From: Candidatus Altimarinota bacterium
GTDB taxonomy: Bacteria > Patescibacteriota > Gracilibacteria > CAIRYL01
DNA: 64,000 bases
NCBI GenBank assembly: GCA_965250085.1
Contig: OZ252287.1
Location: forward strand, 416,001-480,000
Direction: 5' to 3'
Shown one piece after another: positions 46,802 through 56,885 of this stretch; position 1 is the first letter of the stretch, and each line of letters opens with the position of its first letter. A program made the position numbers and the translations under genes. Under the pieces are notes generated by a model. It was not told the origin of the DNA and made no database searches. It saw nothing but the letters and a program-made list of their open reading frames with translations.

Positions 46802-48664
46802 ATGAATAATCGGCTTGATAACTGGATATCCAAAGTGGTATCTGAAGATGCAAAGAAAAAACCTGCATCTCAAAACAATGAGAAGAAACAAAAATCTTTT
46901 CAGAAGCATAGAGCTCAGCAGAAAAAGCTATCTCCTCATTCAAAATCCAAAAAATCCTTTTCATCTCCCAAAGGAGGAAAAGGGAAGCTCAGGGCCATAC
47001 CTCTAGGAGGGCTCAATGAAATTGGGCGCAACTGTATGTGCTTTGAATACGGCAATGACATCATCCTCGTGGATGCGGGGTTTGAGTTTCCAGAGGTAGA
47101 TATGTATGGAGTGGATTATATCCTCCCTGATACACGATACGTGGAAGGGAAAAAACAAAATATTCGCGGTATTGTGATTACACATGCCCATTTGGATCAC
47201 ATTGGAGGACTGAGATATCTTTTGCCAAAACTCGGCTATCCACCAGTATATGCTCCCCCACTCTCAGTAGGGCTTATTGAGAAACAACTCAATGAATACC
47301 CTGAAGTGCGAAAGCGTGCAAAAATTCATCGTATTGATCCCCAGAAAGATGTTCTTAAACTTGGTGCGTTTCAAATAAAATATTTTCATGTGAACCACTC
47401 TATTCCAGATGCCAATGGACTCTATATCCAGACGCCGGCGGGGAATGTGGTGCACACTGGAGATTTTAAGTTTGATTTTACTCCTGCAGATGGAGTTCCC
47501 GCAGATTTTCACCGTATGACAGAAATTGCTAAATCTGGCGTAGATGTGGTCTTTTCTGATTCTACCAATGCTCAAAAGCCAGGATTCTGCACTTCTGAAA
47601 AAGTAGTAGCAGAAACCCTCGAACAGATTATTCGGGACACCAAACAAGGGCGACTTGTCATTACTTCTTTTTCTTCTGTACTCGGGAGATGGCAACAAAT
47701 TATCGAACTCGCCGGAAAATATGATCGCAAGATCTATGTCACTGGACGCAGTCTGCTCGAAAACTTGAAAATTGCTGCAGACCGTGGATACATCAAGGTG
47801 CCCCAAGGACGAATTCACAAGGTGACCAAGCGCATGCACGATGTTCCCAGAAATAAGCAGCTTATTATTACTACCGGAGCACAGGGAGAAGAAAATGCAG
47901 GACTTTCCCGTATTTCTCGAGGAGAACATCACATGATCAAATTGGAAAAAGGTGATAGTGTGATTTTTTCATCTTCTCCTATCCCTGGTAATGAAAGACA
48001 AATGACCAAAGTCATAGATGCACTCTACAAACTCGGAGCAAAGGTCATTACCAATAGAACTCTTGATACTCATACCACCGGACACGCTTGTCAGGGGGAT
48101 CTCAAGCTTATGTATGCACTTCTCAAACCAACCAACATTGTGCCCGTGCATGGGGAGTTTCACATGCGCGTAGATCACGCACGAATGGTTCGGGAAGATC
48201 TGGGATATGAATCCCAAAATGTCGCTGTCATTTCTAACGGAGATATATTGGAAATACTTCATGGAAAAATACAAAAATCTCGGGAAAAAGCCCCTGGAGA
48301 ACGCATTTTTGTAGATGGAAAAATGGTAGGAGATATTGGCAACGATGTTCTGGAAGACAGAAAAGCAATGATGAAATCAGGAGTCGTTTCTTTTACTTTT
48401 GCTGTAGACAAAGCAAAACGAAGAGTCTACAAATCGCCCAATATCCAAAGCCTTGGCTTTACCTATCCTCATGAGCGGGAGCGATTGATGGAAACTCTGA
48501 AAAAGGAGTCCATCACACTTGTAAACCAAGTGCTCAGCAAATACCCAGATCCTCGACAAAAAGGAGGACTCATCCGTCGGGATATTGAAAAAAAACTTTC
48601 AGGAAAGATTGTAAAACTCACTGAACGTGAACCACGGGTTTTGATAACACTGGTGGTGAATTAA
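46802..48664 (+). CDS. rnj: Ribonuclease J
   Basis: PLGGLNEIGRN, THAHLDHIGG, HSIPD, HTGDFKFD, SDSTNA, HTTGHA, PVHGE. Confidence 0.97.
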   Translation: MNNRLDNWISKVVSEDAKKKPASQNNEKKQKSFQKHRAQQKKLSPHSKSKKSFSSPKGGKGKLRAIPLGGLNEIGRNCMCFEYGNDIILVDAGFEFPEVDMYGVDYILPDTRYVEGKKQNIRGIVITHAHLDHIGGLRYLLPKLGYPPVYAPPLSVGLIEKQLNEYPEVRKRAKIHRIDPQKDVLKLGAFQIKYFHVNHSIPDANGLYIQTPAGNVVHTGDFKFDFTPADGVPADFHRMTEIAKSGVDVVFSDSTNAQKPGFCTSEKVVAETLEQIIRDTKQGRLVITSFSSVLGRWQQIIELAGKYDRKIYVTGRSLLENLKIAADRGYIKVPQGRIHKVTKRMHDVPRNKQLIITTGAQGEENAGLSRISRGEHHMIKLEKGDSVIFSSSPIPGNERQMTKVIDALYKLGAKVITNRTLDTHTTGHACQGDLKLMYALLKPTNIVPVHGEFHMRVDHARMVREDLGYESQNVAVISNGDILEILHGKIQKSREKAPGERIFVDGKMVGDIGNDVLEDRKAMMKSGVVSFTFAVDKAKRRVYKSPNIQSLGFTYPHERERLMETLKKESITLVNQVLSKYPDPRQKGGLIRRDIEKKLSGKIVKLTEREPRVLITLVVN

Positions 48665-49020
48665 GGATTGATTGCAATCAATCCTTACCACTTAATACCA
48701 CTTCGCTTTCAAAATGATACGCAAATGCGCCCAAGCTATCAAAGAATCAGTTGTAAGGTGTCAGTACATCAGTAGGGACGTATCACTAATACGTCCTTTT
48801 CTGGATGTACTGTAGAGACAGGTCGCGACCTAGTTTCTTACCACATTGGATGCACATCGGTAGGGGCTCAAAATTTTGAGCCCCTACTGGTCGTTCTGAC
48901 AGGGCAGTTGAAAAACTCAAAAACTTGTCGGTTCAATTTTGCAAATTGAACTTTATTTTTCTAGTCGAGTTTTAAAGATTAGGACGAAACATTATGATTC
49001 AGGTTGTAAACCTGAACCAA
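48664..49020. repeat. Cluster of about six REP-like palindromes
   Basis: Includes perfect 28-bp GTAGGGGCTCAAAATTTTGAGCCCCTAC (48860-48887), GTAGGGACGTAT...TACGTCC, GTAGAGACAGGTCGCGACCT, GGTTCAATTT..AAATTGAAC, TTCAGGTT..AACCTGAA. Confidence 0.8.
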
Positions 49021-49036
49021 TTAAAAATACCGGAGC

Positions 49037-49627
49037 CTAGTTCGCAAAACCGAGGGGGTGATCGTTATCTTCAATAGTCACAGTGCCCTCTCCCAGAAGA
49101 GTATCGCCAGAAACATCTGTTATCTGGATAATAAATTCTTCATCTTCTTCTGTTTTGCTATCATCAACAAGAGAAATTTGCAAATATATAATCCAGCCAA
49201 AAGAACCATCAGATGTGTCATTAACAACTGTATCAACGGACAAATAATCATCTCCGGCCTTAGCGGATCCCTCTATCGTCTTGACCCTAAACCGAGAGTA
49301 GTGTGTTCCATCTTTCGTACCAAGCTCTCTCAAACGAACATTTGCTGTTTTATGTCCTTCTGTAACAGTAGGGCTTCCAACCTCGAAGGCAATATCACTT
49401 GTAAGAGGAGGAGAAGCCTGAGGCAGATCAGGTGTAGTGGGAAGTTTAATAGAAAGAATATCATTATAACATCCTTCAGCAGCAACTCCTGTCAGAGCGA
49501 CCAATACTGGAAGCGCTAGTCGCTGGCGAAAGCCCTTTCGCAGTCGGGTAAGCGCTCCATCTGGAGGAGTAACGGATGCTTCATGTGGAGAAGGGAGAGA
49601 GTCAATGTGTTGAGGATTTTCTTTCAT
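49037..49627 (-). CDS. Calx-beta domain putative lipoprotein
   Basis: VTEG...T.EGSAKAGDDY...ISLVDDSKTEEDEEFIIQI...GTVTIEDND; VAAEGC lipobox-like after an extended leader. Confidence 0.8.
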   Translation of the reverse strand: MKENPQHIDSLPSPHEASVTPPDGALTRLRKGFRQRLALPVLVALTGVAAEGCYNDILSIKLPTTPDLPQASPPLTSDIAFEVGSPTVTEGHKTANVRLRELGTKDGTHYSRFRVKTIEGSAKAGDDYLSVDTVVNDTSDGSFGWIIYLQISLVDDSKTEEDEEFIIQITDVSGDTLLGEGTVTIEDNDHPLGFAN

Positions 49628-49658
49628 AGTGGAAAAGATAAAAAAACAAATGATCAGG

Positions 49659-50738
49659 TTATTCTGATCGAGAAATTTCCCTTTGTAGTTGATCTGTTAC
49701 GGTTCTGGCATGTCTTAGCCTCGATTCGGAAAGGTCTATAGGATATGTCTCTCTGAATGCTCTTACTTGTTTTCCATCACCAGTTTGAAAAATATATTGA
49801 TTCTCAGCTACGCTGTACCAGACCTGAGGATCAGGATACCCTCGACTGATCAAGTCCTTTCGTATTTCTGGGAGTATTCTCTCAGTCGCATATTTATCTG
49901 CCTCTTCTTCGGTACAGTTGTTCCAATTCTTCACTTTTTTTCTTCTTCCTTTTTTCTTGCCTTTTTCAAAAGGGCATACTTCCAACTCCCACCCTGACTG
50001 CTCCATAGCATACCAATCATCTATAGGAAAAGCAGGACGAGCGGCATAATCGCCATTTGTACCGAACTCTTGGGTTGTGGCTTTCCTTTGCAGCTCATCT
50101 GCTATGCTTTGGGCAGATCTCGTGACTGAGTCGTTGTCAAAGTCTGTAGGTCTCATATCTCTATAGGCTCTTACTTGCGCTCCATTCTTTGGCTCAAAAA
50201 CGTATTGATTCTCAGGTTCACTATACCAGACGTTAGGATCGGGATACCCTCGACTGATCAAGTCCTTTTTCAGATCTGGGAGTACGCTCTCAGCCGCATA
50301 CTGATCCGCCTCTGACTCATCACACTCCCGCCAACGTCTTGTTCTTTCATAAGACTTCACAGTAATATTATCAAGAAGATGATCGGCATAAAATTCACGA
50401 GAATACACAGAAAGACCATCACTATGATCACGCAAAAATTCATAAATACCACTATTAGAATCATCAACATAATCAATACGATATTGTTCGGATTCGGTCC
50501 TACAATTCTTCCTCTCATAATCATAATGCTCGTACCGTATGGGGAGAGATGAAGGAAGAGTATTCTCTTCACTGAATGCTTGATCCGCACCTGACATCAT
50601 TATTGCGACCATGACAAATTGTAATCGATTTTTACGAAAGCTTGTTACAAGATTGACCAGCGCTTCTTTACCAGAAGATATTTTACTTGGACCTCCTTCT
50701 CGGGCAGAAGGTGCTTGAGATGTTTCATTGCTTTTCAT
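49659..50738 (-). CDS. Exported hypothetical protein with two internal repeats
   Basis: ADxYAxExxLPxxxKDLISRGYPDPxVWYSxxENQYxF occurs twice, 408 nt apart. Confidence 0.8.
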   Translation of the reverse strand: MKSNETSQAPSAREGGPSKISSGKEALVNLVTSFRKNRLQFVMVAIMMSGADQAFSEENTLPSSLPIRYEHYDYERKNCRTESEQYRIDYVDDSNSGIYEFLRDHSDGLSVYSREFYADHLLDNITVKSYERTRRWRECDESEADQYAAESVLPDLKKDLISRGYPDPNVWYSEPENQYVFEPKNGAQVRAYRDMRPTDFDNDSVTRSAQSIADELQRKATTQEFGTNGDYAARPAFPIDDWYAMEQSGWELEVCPFEKGKKKGRRKKVKNWNNCTEEEADKYATERILPEIRKDLISRGYPDPQVWYSVAENQYIFQTGDGKQVRAFRETYPIDLSESRLRHARTVTDQLQREISRSE

Positions 50739-50884
50739 AGAAATAATTATAAGAGAGAATATACTTTTACTACTTAAAACTTCCTAGTGTCAACTTTTAT
50801 CTCTTTACAATATATATATATATTGCTTAATAAATATTAGGCCTGCGTCTTTCGGATTTGTGATTTCACATCTACAATACACAC

Positions 50885-51712
50885 ATGTTTGTCTTTCTCA
50901 ACAACTCATTCCTTCCGGCTGATGATGCAAAAATATCCGTCTTTGATCACGGGTTCCTCTATGCCGATGGAATTTATGAAACCCTCAGAACAGTAGAAGG
51001 TGCAGTATTTGATGTGCAAAATCATTTGCAGAGACTGAGAGATGGAGCACGAAAACTGAAACTCACAATTCCTCTTTCTGATTCAGAAATTATGGAAGCG
51101 ACTCAGGACCTTGTAGAAAAAAATAATATTTTCCCGGATGCTGAAGCCCGTATACGATGGACTCTTACTCGCGGTATCAATCATTTTGAATTTGATAAAC
51201 CAAGCCAGCCCACATTTCTCATCACCGCAGTGCCCATGAAGGCGTATCCAGAAGAATATGTGACAGAAGGTATATCGGTGACGACGATCGATGTGCAGAG
51301 GGTTCTCCCGAGTGTCAAAAGCACTTCTCTGCTTCCTATGATCCTGGGAAAGCAAAAATGTAAAGAGGGGGATTTTTTTGAATGCTTATTTACCGAAAAT
51401 GGCTTTATAACAGAAGGAACAGTGAGCAATTTTTTTGTACAAGCAGAAGATGGATTCTGGACTGCTCCCGAGCAAAAAGTCCTTCCTGGTACGGCAGCAA
51501 AAATATTTATGAAGCGAGTGGAGCATTTGGGGATGCGAGTACAAGAGAAGTTGTTTTCTGCAGAAGATGTGATGCAAAAAGCTTCCGCAGCATTTCTTAC
51601 CAACTCCTTAATAGGAGTCCTGCCCGTTACAAAGTTGGAAGATAAGAATATTGGTGATGGAAAGGTGTCCGAAGTTTTTGGGGAGGTATATAAGGATTTT
51701 TGGAATGTATAA
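50885..51712 (+). CDS. PLP-dependent aminotransferase class IV (IlvE/Dat/PabC family)
   Basis: FDHGFLYADGIYETLR, HLQRL, VKST (PLP Lys), EGTVSNFF, LPGT, FLTNSLIGVLPV. Confidence 0.93.
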   Translation: MFVFLNNSFLPADDAKISVFDHGFLYADGIYETLRTVEGAVFDVQNHLQRLRDGARKLKLTIPLSDSEIMEATQDLVEKNNIFPDAEARIRWTLTRGINHFEFDKPSQPTFLITAVPMKAYPEEYVTEGISVTTIDVQRVLPSVKSTSLLPMILGKQKCKEGDFFECLFTENGFITEGTVSNFFVQAEDGFWTAPEQKVLPGTAAKIFMKRVEHLGMRVQEKLFSAEDVMQKASAAFLTNSLIGVLPVTKLEDKNIGDGKVSEVFGEVYKDFWNV

Positions 51713-51868
51713 ATCTCCCCTAACCCCTCTTTGCAAAAGAGGGGGAATAAAACATCTCCCTTAACACCATGCCTGGCGGCAGACAGGAGGGGGATTGAGG
51801 GGGTTTATTTTTTCACATTATTCCCCAGTCTCTGTAATCTGTAGAGACAGCTCGCGAGCTGTCCCTAC
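51712..51868. repeat. Intergenic repeat cluster
   Basis: CCCCTCTTT-GC-AAAAGAGGGG element with inverted partner GGGGATTGAGGGGG, and GTAGAGACAGCTCGCGAGCTGTCCCTAC (51841-51868). Confidence 0.7.
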
Positions 51869-51930
51869 GCTCCATTGTGAAAGACACAAAAAGCATGCTA
51901 CATTTTCTGAGCTCAATAAAATATGCAGCG

Positions 51931-53085
51931 ATGACCCCAGAAGAACTTACAAAAAAGGCATTGGAACTCCACAAAAACCTGAAAGGAAAAATAAGCTATG
52001 GACTCAAAGGAGAATTGGATTCAAAAGAAGATCTTTCACTCCTCTACACTCCCGGAGTGGCTGAGCCATGCAAAGAAATTTCAAAAAATAAGGAAGCTGT
52101 GTATGAATATACTGGCAAAGGAAATCTGGTCATGATTGTGACCGACGGCACTGCTGTGCTTGGATTGGGTGATATTGGCCCAGAAGCAGCGTTGCCAGTT
52201 ATGGAAGGAAAAGCGGCACTCTTTAAACGATTTGCTGGTATAGACGCTGTTCCCATTTGTTTGAACACAAAAGACACCAATCAAATTATAGAAACCGTTG
52301 TTCGCCTTGCTCCTGGATTTGGAGGGGTAAATTTGGAGGATATTGCCGCTCCCCGATGCTTTGAGATTGAGGAAAGACTCAAAGAAAAGCTTGATATTCC
52401 CGTCTTTCATGATGATCAGCACGGGACTGCTATCGTAACGCTTGCGGCGCTTCAAAATGCTTTGAAGGTCGTGGGGAAAAAATTAGGAGAAGTAAAAATT
52501 GTGTTTTCTGGCGCTGGCGCCGCTGGCATTGCCATTGCCAAACTGCTAATAACTGCGGGAGCCAAAAATCTGATCCTCTGTGACTCCAAAGGGGCACTAT
52601 GTTCTGAACGAGAAGATCCCAATATTGCAAAGAAGGAGTCTATGACATTTACCAATCCGCAGGATATATGTGGACCACTCAAGGGTATGATTGTAGGAGC
52701 CGATGTTTTTATCGGAGTTTCTGGTCCTGACCTCCTGACCGCAGAAGATATTTCCCATATGAATAATGACGCCATTGTCTTTGCCATGGCAAATCCTACT
52801 CCGGAGATTATGCCAGATGAGGCACTCAAAGGAGGTGCTGCAATCGTTGCCACTGGCAGAAGTGATTTTCCCAATCAGGTGAATAATGTCCTCGCGTTCC
52901 CGGGACTTTTTCGGGGAGTGTTCGACGCCGGAGCACGTGAAATTACAGAAAGCATGTACCTTGCCGCCGCAGAAGCTCTGGCTTCATATGTGGAAAATCC
53001 CACTTCAGAAAAAATCCTTCCAGACGTATTTGATGAAGACGCAGCAGAGCATGTAGCTCTGGCGGTAAAAAAAGTATGCACGTAA
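51931..53085 (+). CDS. NAD(P)-dependent malic enzyme
   Basis: [58 protein letters not shown]. Confidence 0.96.
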   Translation: MTPEELTKKALELHKNLKGKISYGLKGELDSKEDLSLLYTPGVAEPCKEISKNKEAVYEYTGKGNLVMIVTDGTAVLGLGDIGPEAALPVMEGKAALFKRFAGIDAVPICLNTKDTNQIIETVVRLAPGFGGVNLEDIAAPRCFEIEERLKEKLDIPVFHDDQHGTAIVTLAALQNALKVVGKKLGEVKIVFSGAGAAGIAIAKLLITAGAKNLILCDSKGALCSEREDPNIAKKESMTFTNPQDICGPLKGMIVGADVFIGVSGPDLLTAEDISHMNNDAIVFAMANPTPEIMPDEALKGGAAIVATGRSDFPNQVNNVLAFPGLFRGVFDAGAREITESMYLAAAEALASYVENPTSEKILPDVFDEDAAEHVALAVKKVCT

Positions 53086-53116
53086 AGCAGCCAATGGTCA
53101 GAGGTAGGAACCGACT

Positions 53117-53593
53117 CTATGAGCTCCTTACCGCCTGCACAACTTTCACAATACTTGGATCAGCTGAGGATTCATCCTGAAGTTTCAATCTCTTCTCAAA
53201 TTCCTCAGGAGAAATTTTTATAAAAAATTCGGAGAGAACATCACTTATCCCAAAGGTATAAGGGAGATTATTTCCATTGTCTTCAAAAGCCTTGATGAGT
53301 CTTTCACGCCTTCCCGAGTCATCCTGAGACGTCATTGCGTCATCAGGAGAATCTTGAGCAGCAATTCTATAGATTTTATCATCTTCGGATTTTGTAAAAT
53401 GTATGTTCACAAAAGAAACCTTAAGATCTCCATCACCTGATTCCTGTACTTCCAAAAAAGCGAATGAAAAATTTTCTGGGAAAATTTCATCATTTGTTTG
53501 TTCATTAAGAGAACGAATAACAGATCTTGCCACTTTCTCAGCGTCTTCTGTTGAGGGCAGTTCCCGAGATTTCAGAGTGTCTGGAGAAGTCAT
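53117..53593 (-). CDS. Hypothetical acidic protein
   Basis: 158 aa from ATG 53593; TTGACA upstream on the minus strand. Confidence 0.65.
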   Translation of the reverse strand: MTSPDTLKSRELPSTEDAEKVARSVIRSLNEQTNDEIFPENFSFAFLEVQESGDGDLKVSFVNIHFTKSEDDKIYRIAAQDSPDDAMTSQDDSGRRERLIKAFEDNGNNLPYTFGISDVLSEFFIKISPEEFEKRLKLQDESSADPSIVKVVQAVRSS

Positions 53594-53699
53594 ATGAGAA
53601 TTATTAAATTTTTCATAACTATATATATTTTTTAACATAAAAAATATATATTTGTCAAATATTTTACCTTTCCCGGTTTTCCCTATACACTTTTTGTAT

Positions 53700-55064
53700 A
53701 TGCAACAAACTGCTGTGCACATTGTAAAAATACTGCAAAAAGCAGGATATACTGCTTATTTTGCCGGTGGTGCTGTGCGCGATATTTTACTGGGAAATGA
53801 TCCAGTAGATATTGATATTGCCACCAGTGCCAAGCCGGATGAAATAGAACACCTTTTTGAAAAAACATTTTCTATCGGCAAGCATTTTGGCGTGATTTTG
53901 GTTGAAGAAAATGGACACCATTTTGAAATCGCCACATTTCGCTCAGACGCTGGATATAGTGATGGGAGAAGACCTGATGCCGTGCTTTTTACAAATGCTG
54001 AAGAAGATGCGTTGAGGCGTGATTTTACCATCAACGGAATGTTTTTTGATCCCATTGAAAAAAAAATTTATGACTTTGTTGGGGGGCAGAAAGACTTGGA
54101 TGGAGAAGTTTTACGATTTATCGGTGACGCAGAGCAAAGAATTCAGGAAGATCACCTGAGGATTTTGCGTGCCATACGATTTAAAAACAGGTTCCATCTC
54201 AGATTTGGGAAAAAAACGGAAGGAGCACTCAAAAGACATGCTTCTCTCATTGTAGGAGTCTCCGCCGAACGTGTGCGGGAAGAAATGACCAAGATGTTAC
54301 TTCATTCATCCAGAAAAAATGCTTTTGAAGATCTCCTTTTTCTCACTATTTTGGAACACATCATTCCTACATTTGCAGAGCTGAATAAAATCCCTCAGCC
54401 CAAAAACTACCATTCAGAAGGAGATGTTCTCACTCACAGCCTCTTGGTCATCAGTCAACTTCCAAAAAAAATAAATGCAGAACTTGCATGGTCAGCACTA
54501 CTCCATGACATTGGTAAAAAACAAGCATTTGTGAGAAAAAGCGACCGTATTCACTTCCCTCGTCATGCAGAGATGGGAGAAGAGATGGCAAAAAAGGTAC
54601 TGAGAAAATTAAAGTTTAGCAAATTTTCCGAAAGCAAAATCCGATGGCTCATCCGATATCATCACTTGTTTGATAGTTTTGATGAAATGAAATGGGTCAC
54701 CAAACTTCACTACTACGACCATCCGTTTTTTGAAGATTTGATGGAGCTCCATCGGGCTGACATGCTCGGATGCGTCCCTCTTGACCCCCATTTTCATGTT
54801 CGTGGACTCCAACATCTCAAACAAATCCGAGAAGAATATGAAAAAGCAGAGTTTGAAAACTTGCTTCCTTCGGCCCAAGAGGAATTCCTCACGGGAGAAG
54901 AAATCATGAAGATCTTGGACCTCAAGCCGGGAAAAAAAGTGGGAGAGATCAAATCTGCCCTGAGAGATGCACAACTCGATGGCGAGGTGAGGAGTAAAAA
55001 AGAGGCGGAGGAATGGATACGAGGAAAAAGTATGAAGAAAATACTTGACAAAAATATATTTTAG
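53700..55064 (+). CDS. cca: CCA tRNA nucleotidyltransferase / poly(A) polymerase family with HD domain
   Basis: AGGAVRD, DIDIAT, EIATFR, RRDFTIN, EDHLRILRAIRF, LLHDIGK. Confidence 0.92.
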   Translation: MQQTAVHIVKILQKAGYTAYFAGGAVRDILLGNDPVDIDIATSAKPDEIEHLFEKTFSIGKHFGVILVEENGHHFEIATFRSDAGYSDGRRPDAVLFTNAEEDALRRDFTINGMFFDPIEKKIYDFVGGQKDLDGEVLRFIGDAEQRIQEDHLRILRAIRFKNRFHLRFGKKTEGALKRHASLIVGVSAERVREEMTKMLLHSSRKNAFEDLLFLTILEHIIPTFAELNKIPQPKNYHSEGDVLTHSLLVISQLPKKINAELAWSALLHDIGKKQAFVRKSDRIHFPRHAEMGEEMAKKVLRKLKFSKFSESKIRWLIRYHHLFDSFDEMKWVTKLHYYDHPFFEDLMELHRADMLGCVPLDPHFHVRGLQHLKQIREEYEKAEFENLLPSAQEEFLTGEEIMKILDLKPGKKVGEIKSALRDAQLDGEVRSKKEAEEWIRGKSMKKILDKNIF

Positions 55065-55073
55065 TATTATGGT
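55045..55073 (+). promoter_or_regulatory. Sigma70-type promoter for 55106-56023
   Basis: TTGACA-17-TATGGT overlapping the cca 3' end. Confidence 0.5.
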
Positions 55074-55105
55074 GACATACTTCTTGTTTTTAACCCCTTC
55101 ACAAG

Positions 55106-56023
55106 ATGACAGAAAATACACCAGAAAATCCTTTATTATCTCAAAGAGAAGAAAGCTCTCCAAGTGACGGATCTCCAGAAGAACATGATTCTCATAGAAA
55201 GCTTTCCCGATTGAAGCAGTTTTTTCACTTGAAATCTTTCTTGCTCTTAGCTTTCTTATCAGCTGGAGCAGTAGATTACATTGAAAGAAGGACAGATAAG
55301 ATCGCCATAACGACGGTCCTACCCCAGATACAAGATCTCCTAGACGAGAGACCAGATTTTCAATTCGATAATACAGTACCTATAAGTGGTCGAATTAATA
55401 ATCTCCGACCAGGATACTTCGGTCCTTATGTATTATCTAATCCATCTCTCGAGTACAATTCTGGCACTAATGAATATGTTCTGGAATATGGGTTCGCACG
55501 TCCTAAGGATTTTAATTACCCTCATGATGATCCTAATTACTCTTATTATGATGATCTTAATCACCCTTATATTGGTAATGTTGATATTAAAACTATTCAA
55601 ATTCGAAAAAAGCGAGATGTTAATACTGTTTTATCTACAATGAAAACCCCTGAGGCTGTGGTAGATGAGATTCTATCGGAAATGATGACGGAAGATGGCA
55701 ATGGCACCTTTAAAAAGGGATATTTTATTGATCATGGGGCTTATTCAGAGATAGAAACAGAATACGATCAAATCGCCAATGAAAGAGTCTTACCACGAGT
55801 AAGAGATCTACTTCGACTAAATAATGAAGTACGTGGATCGATTTCCTATTATGATTCTGAGACTAATGAATATGCGCTATTCTATAGTGATTCTTCTGGA
55901 TCTGATCTTAAGGTTCGAACTGGTCGGGATAATAATGACGATTCATTCCCAGAGATGAAAACCCCTGACGCTGTGGTAGATGAATTTCTATCGGAAACGA
56001 TGAATCAAGGATCAGGCACTTAA
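55106..56023 (+). CDS. Membrane-anchored hypothetical protein with two internal repeats; 3' tail disrupted
   Basis: DxIAxxxVLPxxxDLL...TNEYxLxY...MKTPxAVVDExLSExM occurs twice; second repeat continues out of frame across the IS. Confidence 0.78.
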   Translation: MTENTPENPLLSQREESSPSDGSPEEHDSHRKLSRLKQFFHLKSFLLLAFLSAGAVDYIERRTDKIAITTVLPQIQDLLDERPDFQFDNTVPISGRINNLRPGYFGPYVLSNPSLEYNSGTNEYVLEYGFARPKDFNYPHDDPNYSYYDDLNHPYIGNVDIKTIQIRKKRDVNTVLSTMKTPEAVVDEILSEMMTEDGNGTFKKGYFIDHGAYSEIETEYDQIANERVLPRVRDLLRLNNEVRGSISYYDSETNEYALFYSDSSGSDLKVRTGRDNNDDSFPEMKTPDAVVDEFLSETMNQGSGT

Positions 56024-56041
56024 AAAGGGGTATTTTATTAA

Positions 56042-56751
56042 GGCTCTAGAGTAGGAGATTTTAAAAATCTCTGATAATTTTGGACATTATAACAAAAATA
56101 TCTTGATCTTTATAGTTCCATCGCCACTCACATTCTTTGAGGTGAAAGTTAAACTTGTGAGAAGCAATTCCGTTAAACTTAGAGAGTCTTCTTTTCGCAA
56201 AAGACCAAAAGGATTCAATACCATTTACATGACATTTTCCTCGTGCAAATTCATTTTCTGAGTGATGAATACGATAGTGATCATATCCATTGAGAATGAG
56301 TCCATCATAAGCTCTCCATCCATCAGTATGAATAGTTGATCCTTCTAGTATTTTTCCTTGAATAATAGGTAGGAGCTCTTTTCTGGAGCAATCTTTTACA
56401 ATAGAAACAAATACCCTTCCTTCTCTTTGAAGGATTCCAAAGACAGGAGTCTTTCCTGCGGCTCCTCTTCCTCTCTTTCCTCTCATTCTCTTTGCTCCAA
56501 AGTAACTTTCATCAAGTTCAAATTCTCCAAAACTCTTTGACTGTGCTAAAGAGAACTTTGCAATCTTTTCTCTAAAAATATTAAAATATCGATCAACCGT
56601 TCTCCGATTGAGATCTAGAATATTTGCTGTTTTTGATGCATTGAGATCTTCACAAAAACACTTCAATATTTTTTTGATCTTATAATTCGATATTTTACTG
56701 TGTTTAAGCATGTTAAGAGAATAATTGAAGTAATTATTCTACTCAAGAGCC
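56042..56751 (-). mobile_element. IS1595-family (IS1016-like) insertion sequence, copy 2, 710 bp
   Basis: Same 13-bp terminal inverted repeats; perfect 8-bp target duplication TTTATTAA (56034-56041, 56752-56759). Confidence 0.96.
56061..56711 (-). CDS. IS1595-family DDE transposase
   Basis: Identical to the 17362-18012 product except one Val/Met change. Confidence 0.96.
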   Translation of the reverse strand: MLKHSKISNYKIKKILKCFCEDLNASKTANILDLNRRTVDRYFNIFREKIAKFSLAQSKSFGEFELDESYFGAKRMRGKRGRGAAGKTPVFGILQREGRVFVSIVKDCSRKELLPIIQGKILEGSTIHTDGWRAYDGLILNGYDHYRIHHSENEFARGKCHVNGIESFWSFAKRRLSKFNGIASHKFNFHLKECEWRWNYKDQDIFVIMSKIIRDF

Positions 56752-56846
56752 TTTATTAATTATGGGTTAGATCAAGAATAAAGAAGCAGATACAAGAAAA
56801 TTACGAATTACGAGATAGGAATTCGATTCATAAAATTCTTTTTATA

Positions 56847-56875
56847 GTAGGAACGTAGCAGTGCTACGTTCGTAC
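56847..56875. repeat. GTAG-type REP-like palindrome
   Basis: GTAGGAACGTAGCA-G-TGCTACGTTCGTAC. Confidence 0.7.
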
Positions 56876-56885
56876 GAATTCCATA

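Noticed and set aside
48664-49020. CRISPR array
   Set aside because: Palindromes differ from each other, spacing is irregular, and there are no cas genes
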